Assembly (NCBI GenBank): GCA_965277715.1 | Contig: OZ255836.1 | Coordinates: forward strand, 2,112,001-2,176,000 | DNA length: 64,000 nt | Origin: Gammaproteobacteria bacterium | Lineage (GTDB): Bacteria; Pseudomonadota; Gammaproteobacteria; JBCCGL01 | Direction: 5' to 3' | Part shown: piece after piece, positions 10,731 through 19,577 of the stretch | Layout of the letters: the number at the start of each line of letters is the position of its first letter | Numbering within the stretch: the first letter of the stretch is position 1 | Notes under the pieces: generated by a model | The model's database searches: none | What the model was told of the DNA's origin: nothing | Seen by the model: the letters and a program-made list of their open reading frames with translations, nothing else | Translations under genes and position numbers: made by a program

Positions 10731-11002
10731 ATGTATAGATCACCAACTTCCCTTCACATAAACCCACCGTAAACTGCTTACCATATTTAGTTAGCAGTAA
10801 CATGCAAATTCTTTGGTTTTTACCTTTTTTCAGTGATTTATACAGATTTTATTTAGTTTCAATTGATTTTTACTACAAACATGCTTTTTTTTTTACAATC
10901 AATAATATTTTATATGCATAAGATAGACAGCGTTGGATAGACAAACCTATCTGCAAAACTTAAATCGACTTATATCGTAACTTTAAACACAGGAGTAATT
11001 TC

Positions 11003-11287
11003 ATGGCTTTTCCAACATCAGTCAATGATCAAATTACTGATTCAGTGACCCAGGCAAATGTAGAAGTATTAGGCGATGCGCCAGCTACTGCAATGGGTAA
11101 TTTGTACCAAGCTACTGCTCAGGCGCTGAGTAATGCAGCTCACAATGCGACATCGGCTCAGCAGCAGACGGCGGTAACAGCCCAAGCAGCGACAACGATG
11201 GGTGTCACAACGCTTTATTCCATTGATACCGCATCGACAGGTAAGTCTACTTCGGCAATCTTGAATTCTAAAGTCGCTGGGCTTTAG
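11003..11287 (+). CDS. rebB: RebB-family R-body protein 1
   Basis: AFPTSVNDQITDSVTQANV.VLGDAPA.AMGNLYQATAQAL.NAAHNAT..QQQ...TAQAATTMGV..LYSIDTA; AGGAG Shine-Dalgarno. Confidence 0.95.
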   Translation: MAFPTSVNDQITDSVTQANVEVLGDAPATAMGNLYQATAQALSNAAHNATSAQQQTAVTAQAATTMGVTTLYSIDTASTGKSTSAILNSKVAGL

Positions 11288-11320
11288 TTAATCAACAATA
11301 TCTAAAAGAGGTAAAAAAAT

Positions 11321-11590
11321 ATGGCTTTTCCAACATCGGTTAATAGTCAGATTACTGACTCAGTAACGCAAGCAAATGTAAAGGTTATTGGTGATGCACC
11401 CGCCACAGCAATGGGTAATCTGTATCAGGCTACCGCGCAAGCACTGGGCAACGCAGCACACAATGCGACGACCAGTCAGCAGCAAACTGCGGTTACCGCT
11501 CAGGCCGCGACAACGATGGGTGTTGCCACTTTATATGCAATTGACACAGCATCTACAGGCAAGGCTACAACATCTATTTTGCAATCATAA
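11321..11590 (+). CDS. rebB: RebB-family R-body protein 2
   Basis: Same Reb consensus; GAGG Shine-Dalgarno. Confidence 0.95.
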   Translation: MAFPTSVNSQITDSVTQANVKVIGDAPATAMGNLYQATAQALGNAAHNATTSQQQTAVTAQAATTMGVATLYAIDTASTGKATTSILQS

Positions 11591-11615
11591 GCACTTGAAT
11601 TAAGGAATCATAGTA

Positions 11616-11885
11616 ATGGCTTTTCCAACTTCGGTGAATAATCAAATCACGGATTCGGTAACGCAAGCGAATGTGCAGACGCTGGGAAGTAGCCCCGCAG
11701 TAGCCATGGGAAACTTATTTCAGGCAACCGCGCAGGCGCTAAGTAACGCGGCCCACAATGCCACTACTGCCCAACAACAAACCAATATAACCGCGCAAGC
11801 GGCGACAACCATGGGAGTGGCGTTACTCTACTCTCTGGATACAGCATCAACGGGAAAAGCTACCTCAAAAATTTTGGGCAGCTAA
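11616..11885 (+). CDS. rebB: RebB-family R-body protein 3
   Basis: Same Reb consensus; AAGGA Shine-Dalgarno. Confidence 0.95.
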   Translation: MAFPTSVNNQITDSVTQANVQTLGSSPAVAMGNLFQATAQALSNAAHNATTAQQQTNITAQAATTMGVALLYSLDTASTGKATSKILGS

Positions 11886-11940
11886 GCCTTTTGATATTTT
11901 CAATAGCAGTATTTAAAACTAACTTTAAGGTAAATTTATC

Positions 11941-12207
11941 ATGGCATATCCAACTTCAGTAAACAGTCAAGTCACCGATTCCATTACTCAGGTAAATACC
12001 AAAGTGCTGGGCGACAGCCCTTCCATGGCAATGGGTAATCTATTTGTGGCGACCTCACAGGCTTTATCCAACGCCGCTCACAATGCGACAACAGCGCAAC
12101 AACAAGCTGTCGTCACTGCTCAGGCGGCAACAACACAGGGGATTTCAACCCTATATTGCATTGATACCGCCTCTACGGGCAGAGCAACTTCTGAGATTTA
12201 TGCTTAA
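11941..12207 (+). CDS. rebB: RebB-family R-body protein 4
   Basis: AYPTSVNSQVTDSITQVNTKVLGDSP.MAMGNLF..TSQALSNAAHNAT. Confidence 0.95.
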   Translation: MAYPTSVNSQVTDSITQVNTKVLGDSPSMAMGNLFVATSQALSNAAHNATTAQQQAVVTAQAATTQGISTLYCIDTASTGRATSEIYA

Positions 12208-12315
12208 TTTAACGTTAGCCATCAGATGAGTTAATACGCGGCATATGGATGTGCCGATGTCATCCAAGATATTGAGAACTAAATATCAGTAGATACTAGT
12301 TCGTAAAATAATAAC

Positions 12316-12344
12316 CCTATCTGGGCAGGTTTAGCCCAGATAGG
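12316..12344 (+). promoter_or_regulatory. Intra-operon stem-loop (partial terminator or mRNA stabiliser)
   Basis: CCTATCTGGGC-aggttta-GCCCAGATAGG perfect 11-bp stem with a weak U-tract. Confidence 0.6.
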
Positions 12345-12366
12345 TTAATAACGACAGTAATTTTTG

Positions 12367-12645
12367 ATGAGTGCAAGCATCAATTTTTTATCGACAGGAC
12401 TTTCCCCATGCTTATCCATGGGTATGGTTTATGGCGCAGCAGCCCATAGTGTGGGCTTGTTAATGGCAAATGCCGTGTTCAATGAAAAAGTTTCTCAAAT
12501 TAGAGCCAATGCAAGTGTCGATCAGTGTTGCGCTTTAATAATTGCAGCTGGTGCAACTGGTGCAACTGGTGCAACTGGTAAGACTGGTAAGACTAGTAAA
12601 AAGCTAGCACAGTCCCACAAAGTTAAAGATGATAAATCGGAGTAA
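12367..12645 (+). CDS. Divergent Reb-like protein with low-complexity tail
   Basis: G.SP..SMG.VY...AHS..L...NA pattern parallels the Reb core; 9-bp repeats give GATGATGAT/GKT. Confidence 0.65.
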   Translation: MSASINFLSTGLSPCLSMGMVYGAAAHSVGLLMANAVFNEKVSQIRANASVDQCCALIIAAGATGATGATGKTGKTSKKLAQSHKVKDDKSE

Positions 12646-12649
12646 TTCA

Positions 12650-13306
12650 ATGACTGTTAATGATCAAATTGTGGATTCTGTCACGCAGAATACCACCTTA
12701 CTGGCGGGGAATGCGGCTCCAGAGGGTATGGGTATAGTGGATATTGTTTCCGCAAAGACCATCGGCATGTTTATGCATAATGCTGTTAGCTCGCAGCAAC
12801 AAGCGCAAATATCGTCTAATGCTTCTGTTACTGCGGTCTGCGCAAAAATGTTAAAAGTGGTGCCAGAGTTGTCAACGGCACCCACTCCAACACCAACAAC
12901 CGAAAAAAAGGCCATTCCACCATTTATGCCCTTAACAAACGCTGGAGCACCGCCACCGCCACCGTCACCTTCATTCTTACTTGATCAAGCGCAAGCCTTG
13001 GTTGATAGCGCTATTACATCAAGGTCAACACAAGAAAAAGTAGATAAAGAATCCGATAAGCAATATGAAGCAGCATTAAATCTGCTAAATAAAAAACTAA
13101 AAACAGCCACCACTGCTACAGATACAACTAAGAATACTGGCACCGGTTCTGGCGGTACTGGCACCGACACGAGTACTGGCACCGGCACGAGTACTGGCAC
13201 AAGCACGGGTACTGGCACAAGCACGGGTACTGGCACAAGCACGGGTACTGGCACAAGCACGGGTACTGGCACAGGCACGGGTACTGGTACGGGTGATGGA
13301 AACTAA
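12650..13306 (+). CDS. Reb-domain protein with Pro-rich linker and Gly/Thr/Ser repeat tail
   Basis: N-terminal VNDQIVDSVTQ...MHNAVSSQQQAQI..NASVTA.CA.ML; GGAG Shine-Dalgarno before ATG 12650. Confidence 0.8.
   Translation: MTVNDQIVDSVTQNTTLLAGNAAPEGMGIVDIVSAKTIGMFMHNAVSSQQQAQISSNASVTAVCAKMLKVVPELSTAPTPTPTTEKKAIPPFMPLTNAGAPPPPPSPSFLLDQAQALVDSAITSRSTQEKVDKESDKQYEAALNLLNKKLKTATTATDTTKNTGTGSGGTGTDTSTGTGTSTGTSTGTGTSTGTGTSTGTGTSTGTGTGTGTGTGDGN
13136..13295 (+). repeat. Degenerate 18-bp tandem repeat (GGTACTGGCACAAGCACG) encoding GTGTST
   Basis: Directly visible in the sequence. Confidence 0.9.
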
Positions 13307-13369
13307 CTCCTCTCCTGAATTACTAAGTCGGAAAAACTTTAATCACATTAAATTTTAGTAATAAGTAGC

Positions 13370-13726
13370 GTGAGCAATCAAATGACAAACCCCCAAATTA
13401 CAAACTCTATGCAAGTGCTGCAGCAAGCCACCTTGACAAGTGATGTCATCCGTCACTCAGGTGCGGGAAAAGCCTATCAGTCGGTAGCTCAAACCACCGC
13501 AATTGCCATTCAGGATGCAGCCGATCAATTACGCAATATGAATACCATCAGTGCTACGGCTACAGGTGTAGCAATTTCGCAAATGTTAGCAACAGGGGAA
13601 GTTGACAAATTCCAAAGTATTTTGGTGCAGATAGAAAGTGTATTAACGCAAAGTAATCAAAACTTTTTATGTGTTGGTCAAAATTCTAGTGAAATATTGC
13701 GCCAGTTTCCTGATGGGGATAGTTAA
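13370..13726 (+). CDS. Reb-cluster accessory protein
   Basis: NPQIT...GAGKAYQSVAQTTAIAIQDA.D.LRN..TI..TA.GVA..Q.LATG resembles conserved ORFs I recall from reb clusters. Confidence 0.7.
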   Translation: MSNQMTNPQITNSMQVLQQATLTSDVIRHSGAGKAYQSVAQTTAIAIQDAADQLRNMNTISATATGVAISQMLATGEVDKFQSILVQIESVLTQSNQNFLCVGQNSSEILRQFPDGDS

Positions 13727-13770
13727 TCTTTTTATTAATTTTATGTTATAGATAAATAAAATATCCACTC

Positions 13771-14823
13771 ATGATTTCAATACAAAAACCTATCAGAAGC
13801 TTAACGGATTTGTCAGCAGAGGCTCGGTTAATTTTCAACTGGATTCCCGGTTCTCAAGCCTGGTTCGATTTTGCTACTAAAGAGGATGCGCCACTTTATC
13901 AATTTGAATCAGAGGCTGTGTTTCTGAAAAGCACCGCTTCTGGTCTTCATAATAGTGATTTGATTTACCTGAAAAATTGCCAATTTTTTATAGCACCGGA
14001 ACGCTTACTGACCTTTTCCCTTCAACAACTGAGAAATATCGATAGCATTATTCAACAAAAATATGATCAGGGTGAATATCATGGACTTAGTAAATTAACC
14101 ACTGGAGAAAAAATTTTTTCTACTCCTCAGTTGACAGAAATTACCTCACTATTAAAACGCCTTAACCTTATTGATAACCCATTATTTTCTAATATGACAT
14201 TAGATCAATGGCCCTCGTTACTTGCGGTGGCCGAAAAGGTAAACACGCATAAGGATAAAACTGCACATATCGCACAAGCTAGTATTTTTTCCATAGAACG
14301 TTCCGCTAATTCTGAATCTTTTTGCGCCCTTTTTGAATTCTCTTTATTTGTTTTACCCGTTTTTGAAAAAGCGTCAACCAAAAAACTTAAAAGCGATACA
14401 AGAAAAGTATATAAACGTTTGATTAAGCTTTATGAATACTTGGTAAAAAACGCGTTTAGCTTTTTGTCTTGCCCATTATTAGATGGTTCGGTTGACGAAA
14501 AAAATGTAACCGGGTTGGTTAATTATTATGGAGAAAACAACCAAGTGATTGGGTTTAACTGTTTGTCAAATGCTATTTCTCAAATTGCGCAGAATATCTC
14601 CATCGATGCTTTGTTATCCCCCAACTTAATGACAGCAGAAATTTATCGGCTGGGAGAAGTTATGTGCCAGTTTTGTAAAACCTGTCAGGTTTCTGAACCT
14701 CGTTTATCTCAGAATGCAAAGTATTGGCATTATCAGGCAAGTAGTAAAAATTACGATGCTGATTTTTCTTTATCTGAAGATGGCTGTTTGTACATGAATC
14801 GTTTTTATAAACATACTTTATAG
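13771..14823 (+). CDS. Hypothetical protein (350 aa) in the reb operon
   Basis: Long ORF in AT-rich DNA, co-oriented and abutting the next gene. Confidence 0.75.
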   Translation: MISIQKPIRSLTDLSAEARLIFNWIPGSQAWFDFATKEDAPLYQFESEAVFLKSTASGLHNSDLIYLKNCQFFIAPERLLTFSLQQLRNIDSIIQQKYDQGEYHGLSKLTTGEKIFSTPQLTEITSLLKRLNLIDNPLFSNMTLDQWPSLLAVAEKVNTHKDKTAHIAQASIFSIERSANSESFCALFEFSLFVLPVFEKASTKKLKSDTRKVYKRLIKLYEYLVKNAFSFLSCPLLDGSVDEKNVTGLVNYYGENNQVIGFNCLSNAISQIAQNISIDALLSPNLMTAEIYRLGEVMCQFCKTCQVSEPRLSQNAKYWHYQASSKNYDADFSLSEDGCLYMNRFYKHTL

Positions 14824-15291
14824 GTGAAAGATATGAAAACAAAGAGCACAAAAAATACAAACAATCTGCTGGTAGCGATATCATCCGATAATGTCGATCA
14901 GATTTTTGAACAAATGAACAGTAGCTTGCAGCAAGCAGAGCAAGTTATGGCAGAAGCGTTCGACAAAAATAAACAATTACAAGCTGAAGCACGACAACTG
15001 ATCCTTCAAGCATCACTCTCTCAGAATAACGAAGCGCCCACCAACCCAGAAACCAGTGAGGAATATGCACAACAGGTGCAAAAAGAAGAGCAGAAGCAGG
15101 CAGCTATGCCAAATAAAACTCTGGCGCAAATAAACGAAGAGGCCCAAGCTCATATGCAATCAATTGAATCGGATATACAGGCGTCATTAAAACACATTAG
15201 TGACAATATTCACCAGCAGCAACATCAGTTGGATCAGAATGTTATACAGCAGACAAATACCATGGAGAAAACAGTTCAAGCATCGGAATAG
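14824..15291 (+). CDS. Gln-rich predicted coiled-coil protein
   Basis: ORF starts directly after the upstream stop; Q/E/A-rich helical composition. Confidence 0.7.
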   Translation: MKDMKTKSTKNTNNLLVAISSDNVDQIFEQMNSSLQQAEQVMAEAFDKNKQLQAEARQLILQASLSQNNEAPTNPETSEEYAQQVQKEEQKQAAMPNKTLAQINEEAQAHMQSIESDIQASLKHISDNIHQQQHQLDQNVIQQTNTMEKTVQASE

Positions 15292-15352
15292 TATTTATTG
15301 TATCTGTATAGGTGGGCAAATAAGACCTTTACTATGACAGGATTAGCACATC

Positions 15353-16870
15353 ATGATGCCTATAGCACCAATTAGCGTTGCGCTAAGTCCAGATCAGGAA
15401 GTTAAGCGAGAAGCGGCGCTTAAACAAATGCGGGAACTGATGGCTAAGATGAGTCATTGGGTCAAGTACCGTCTGTTGACAACGCAAGATCGAAATAATT
15501 TTATCGCCAAAGGTTTCGCCAGAGACCTGGTGGATAATCTGGTCTATTTCACCCAACGCTGTTCCCCGAAAGTAGAGAGTAATACAAGTGATCATCTTAT
15601 GATCGGCTTTACCGACGCCGCCTTTGACCCTTCAATTTATGCTTGCGAGGTAAACCGTCGCGCTTTAATAAGCAGCAGTGTCGGATGTTGCGCCTGGTGT
15701 GAAAGCTTGATTGCGCAAAATGGTGGTGGCATTGTCAGTCACTATCGCCCGGCTTATGGTTATAGTGAGCAGGGAATTTTATACCGCTCGGCATATTATG
15801 AGCTGGCCTATGAGCAAAACAATCTAATCTATGCCTGCCGAGAATGCGCGGATAACTATAAGGCTGATGTATTTCCCGTAATTGGTGGAAAAAGAATGTC
15901 AGATGTTTCCGCAAGTGAAGAACGAGCCGCATTGGTCAACCCTTATGTAGAAGCCCCTCGAAATTTTATTCGTTTTAACCCTTTTAATGGCTTCGCTTTT
16001 GCCTATGACCGCGTGCTCAAATTTTATCAATCATCACAGGATAAAGGCGCCGACGAGGTCTGTAAATTACTATGGCAAGACCCAAAAAATATCCCTCTGC
16101 AACATGATATTAACGGCAATGACATTTCTTATGCTGATGTAAATAGCACTTTTCAACAATGGCTATCACAACAATCAGATGTTACTGCAGAGATGCTCTG
16201 CCGAGGACAAACAACAATTGATTTGTTGGGTTTGAACCGCCCTGCCCTTTTGTACGCCAGAAATAACCACCTGCGCCAGCTAAGAGGTTTATTTTTAGCG
16301 AAAGATAATCAAACACCAGAACTTCGCCATGAAGTGGGTAGCATTACAAACCTGGTGGATAATGTAGCTCTAAAAAAAGACAAGAGCGAGAAAATTCCCC
16401 AATACCAATCCCTAACGCTTGATGCTATCAATACCTGGTTAGCGGAAGAACAGAAAGATCAGCAACCAAATGACGCTGCAATCGCTGTAAACACAGACAA
16501 TACCAACTGGATTAGTCTTTACGACCAGTGTCTACAGGCAAAACAGAGCGATTATTCCATTACTATCTCATCAACCTTGCGTTCAAGTTTAATGTATATG
16601 GTGATAGAAAGTGAGTTGAAATTAGAAAATAAGCGCCGAATAATCAATCTACATGTAGACGACTTACTCTACGGAAATATGAACGCGAAGTGTATATTTT
16701 TACAAATTGACTGGCATAAGGATTTTCATAATGTAATCAAAGTATGCTCTATCGGTCACATCTGGGAAACTTCATTTGCCGAATTGGCTGAAACCACCTC
16801 TGACGCCGTTCGCAGTTTGTTCGCGCACAATGAAATATGGGCCGAAGGACACTACGAAAAACTTGCATGA
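15353..16870 (+). CDS. HNH endonuclease-like protein (PtuB/retron-HNH-like core with N- and C-terminal extensions)
   Basis: CAWCE...G.VSHYRP...YYELAY..NNL..AC..C...K...FP...LVNPY...RG.TTIDLLGLNR..L..AR. Confidence 0.75.
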   Translation: MMPIAPISVALSPDQEVKREAALKQMRELMAKMSHWVKYRLLTTQDRNNFIAKGFARDLVDNLVYFTQRCSPKVESNTSDHLMIGFTDAAFDPSIYACEVNRRALISSSVGCCAWCESLIAQNGGGIVSHYRPAYGYSEQGILYRSAYYELAYEQNNLIYACRECADNYKADVFPVIGGKRMSDVSASEERAALVNPYVEAPRNFIRFNPFNGFAFAYDRVLKFYQSSQDKGADEVCKLLWQDPKNIPLQHDINGNDISYADVNSTFQQWLSQQSDVTAEMLCRGQTTIDLLGLNRPALLYARNNHLRQLRGLFLAKDNQTPELRHEVGSITNLVDNVALKKDKSEKIPQYQSLTLDAINTWLAEEQKDQQPNDAAIAVNTDNTNWISLYDQCLQAKQSDYSITISSTLRSSLMYMVIESELKLENKRRIINLHVDDLLYGNMNAKCIFLQIDWHKDFHNVIKVCSIGHIWETSFAELAETTSDAVRSLFAHNEIWAEGHYEKLA

Positions 16871-16932
16871 CACTGGCTTATTTAAAGCGAGATATTTGCA
16901 AAAAATAACAAATTATAAATTGAAAAAAATTT

Positions 16933-17661
16933 ATGAAAATTATTAAATGCAGCTTTATTTTTTCAATGTTGTATCTGTTGACGCTATGGCCTGATATCCA
17001 TAAATTTGAAATCATTCACAATATTTTTTTACCCGCCCATGCCGAAAATTATTTCACCTTATCGGCAACAGAAAAAACACAGGGTATTGATATTTCAGAG
17101 TATCAGGGCAAGGTGGATTTCAAAATACTGGAAAAAACGAGTGTTAGATTTGTGTATATAAAAGCGACACAAGGGGCCGACTACGTTGATCCAACCTATA
17201 TCATACATCGAAATGCACTATCAGACAGCAAACTACTGAGCGGGGCTTATCATTTCTATGACCCTAATGATGATCCTGTCACCCAGGCCCACCATTTTGT
17301 TTCCCAGGTAAAAAGTAGCAAGCATTTTCTGCCGCCGATGCTGGATGTAGAGCAAACAGGGAAATTGTCACCCAGTGAAATTAAGGTGGGGATTAAACAA
17401 TGGCTGGACTATGTGGAAAAAGCTCTGGATTGCCGACCGATTATTTACAGTTATGGTGATTTCTGGTTAGAGAACATTGGCCCAAGCTTTAACACTTATG
17501 ATTTTTGGTTGGCCGACTATGCTGAAAAAGCACAGCCACCGGAGGAACTATCTAATTGGCGGGTCTGGCAATATTCCAGTGAGGGCCGTTTGCCGGGTGT
17601 ACAAAACAGCGTTGATCTCGATGTAGTAGTAGCTGGCGAGTTAAGCTGTAATACCGAATAA
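16933..17661 (+). CDS. Glycoside hydrolase family 25 lysozyme with N-terminal hydrophobic segment
   Basis: GIDISEYQG, FVYIKATQG, GAYHF, PMLDVE, WLADY, WQYS and VDLD. Confidence 0.92.
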   Translation: MKIIKCSFIFSMLYLLTLWPDIHKFEIIHNIFLPAHAENYFTLSATEKTQGIDISEYQGKVDFKILEKTSVRFVYIKATQGADYVDPTYIIHRNALSDSKLLSGAYHFYDPNDDPVTQAHHFVSQVKSSKHFLPPMLDVEQTGKLSPSEIKVGIKQWLDYVEKALDCRPIIYSYGDFWLENIGPSFNTYDFWLADYAEKAQPPEELSNWRVWQYSSEGRLPGVQNSVDLDVVVAGELSCNTE

Positions 17662-17697
17662 TAGAGAGCAATAAACCATACTTAGGAGAAAACTAAT

Positions 17698-18219
17698 ATG
17701 TCGAATGTTTATATATTTTGCAACGATTCCAGTAAGCAAAACACTATCTGGTTAAATGGTGGGCCAAATTTGAGCGTTACATTGAGCGACAATTTCTATA
17801 AAGTCGGTCATGATAATGCTCTCGGCACCTTGTGGCATATCAGCAATGCTGGTAATGAAGCCGCACTAATGGCGGTGAAGATTCAATGTTATACAAGTAA
17901 AAACGCAACCTATGAGGTACCCCAAACACTGAGTTATGAAGCAAACAGTAATGAAATTACTCTGGTTTCCCAATATGACAGCAGTGATACCCATTCACAA
18001 TGGTTGCTGACGTCTCTTGTCGATAGCGTTTCCAGGTTCACGAAATACACCCTGCAATGTGTTGATGAAACTAAAGGTATACAGTATCTAAACGGGCTTA
18101 CCAGTTCTGGGGAAATTGTGACCTGTGCAGGCTCTGCAAGCTCTGCCACTTTACCCTCAGGGTGTTACTGGGTGGTGCTGGAATCGAGCAATCAATTTTC
18201 GCTGCAGGCAGAAGCGTGA
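17698..18219 (+). CDS. Three-repeat (beta-trefoil-like) protein
   Basis: AGGAG Shine-Dalgarno; three units of about 55 aa, hydrophobic-x-(I/L)-x-C...(W/Y)L.G...(V/I)...G..W. Confidence 0.65.
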   Translation: MSNVYIFCNDSSKQNTIWLNGGPNLSVTLSDNFYKVGHDNALGTLWHISNAGNEAALMAVKIQCYTSKNATYEVPQTLSYEANSNEITLVSQYDSSDTHSQWLLTSLVDSVSRFTKYTLQCVDETKGIQYLNGLTSSGEIVTCAGSASSATLPSGCYWVVLESSNQFSLQAEA

Positions 18220-18263
18220 AGAGTGGTTATCCTCGCAATGAGGGAAAAGTCGATTTGAGTCAT

Positions 18264-19377
18264 TCATAGTAACTTCATTTGATTAATATCAGGCATATTA
18301 TCTTGTATTGGGTCACCACGGAGTAATACCATCAGGTCTCGCTTTTCAAACAGATTGTCCTGCAATAGCCTTAATATTTGTTGCATACTTTTGGCCAAGC
18401 CTGATTGTAACTTGAGGAAAGCCAGTATTAAATAAACGCACATTGCAATCCATATTTGAGTCAGAACAGCATTCTTGCTCGTTCCTACAAAAGGCTTAAT
18501 TTTCAGGTTTTGTTTAATCCATTTAAAGAATAATTCAACCTGCCACCTGGCTTTATCGATATCAGCAATCGTTCTGGCTGATAATTTAAAATTATTCGTC
18601 AGAAAAACGTAACGTTTACCCGTGACTGCATCTTTGTAACCAATTCGACGAAGCTGTGTTGGACATTTCTTTGATGTTTGAACACCCGTAAATTCAATGG
18701 TCTGATCACAGCTTAGCCCTTTATCTTTCAATACAGAACGACGACTGACAAACCCTGTATTTAGCATTCTTCTTGAGTCGCGTGACAAAGAATATTTCCT
18801 TATTAGTCAATTGCTTATACCAATTGTAGTCATTGTAGCTCTTATCCATCGAAAATCAGCCCAGGGAAACACAGATAAACATAAATTAATGGTGCCAGGC
18901 ATCGAGTGAATAGAGTGGGTGTTTAAAATGGAAGTGATGCCTTGGTATCAGGCTTTGGCAGCGTTGCAGTAATCTCCCAATGAGTGCCTCGTATAATTCG
19001 AATGGCTTGTTCTCATTCATTCGAGATAGATTCGAGCGTGTCAATTTAGCACTGCCTAAGTGATAAAGCCTGTGTGCTTGTACTGATAGTTTATCGACAA
19101 TATCTCATAAACTATTTCGGCCACTGAGCTGAGCTGCCGCTAAACCGACAAACTGGAACCACCGTGATGATGTGCCGAACGCACGCCCCGAATGATGCTG
19201 ATTTGCGAGGGTTTCAAACTCATGTCTCGGAATAAACTTTAGTATCTGGGAGAGTATCATATTACCATCAGCCATGGCCTGATTATTCTTTTTTGTTTAA
19301 TGGTTTATGGTGAATTCATTGTAACAAAATAATCGAATATTCAGGTCTCTTTATTTCTTCTTAACGGGACGGCAGTG
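18264..19377 (-). mobile_element. IS4-family (DUF4372-type) insertion sequence, degenerate
   Basis: C-terminal FLTNNF...ARWQVELFFKWIKQNLKIK.F.GTS.NAV..QIW; frameshifted N-terminus starting at about 19275; left IR CACTGCCGTCCCGTTAA ends at 19377; right IR not found. Confidence 0.85.
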
Positions 19378-19577
19378 ATATACTACTTATCTCACTGGCG
19401 TTGTAAAAATTTCAATGACAATTTATTGACACATGTGTTTTTTATACTAGAGACGCATATTATAAAAATATTCATAAAATCCAAATTTTACTGGATATTT
19501 TTAAAAAATTAGTTATATAAATTAAAAAAATACTGGATCTATATTAAAATTAATTTATCTACCAAAAAAATCAGCAA

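Noticed and set aside
10920-10960. Sigma54 promoter upstream of rebB1
   Set aside because: The GG and GC are not spaced as -24/-12, and the neighbouring regulator lacks GAFTGA
11003-12207. Four similar units of about 300 bp, considered as a CRISPR-like or DNA repeat array
   Set aside because: They are paralogous rebB coding sequences that differ mainly at synonymous positions; there is no repeat-spacer structure
12985-13278. Minus-strand PV-repeat ORF
   Set aside because: Antisense shadow of the GTGTST repeat
15353-16870. Retron or Septu defence system
   Set aside because: No reverse transcriptase, msr-msd structure or PtuA ATPase was found nearby
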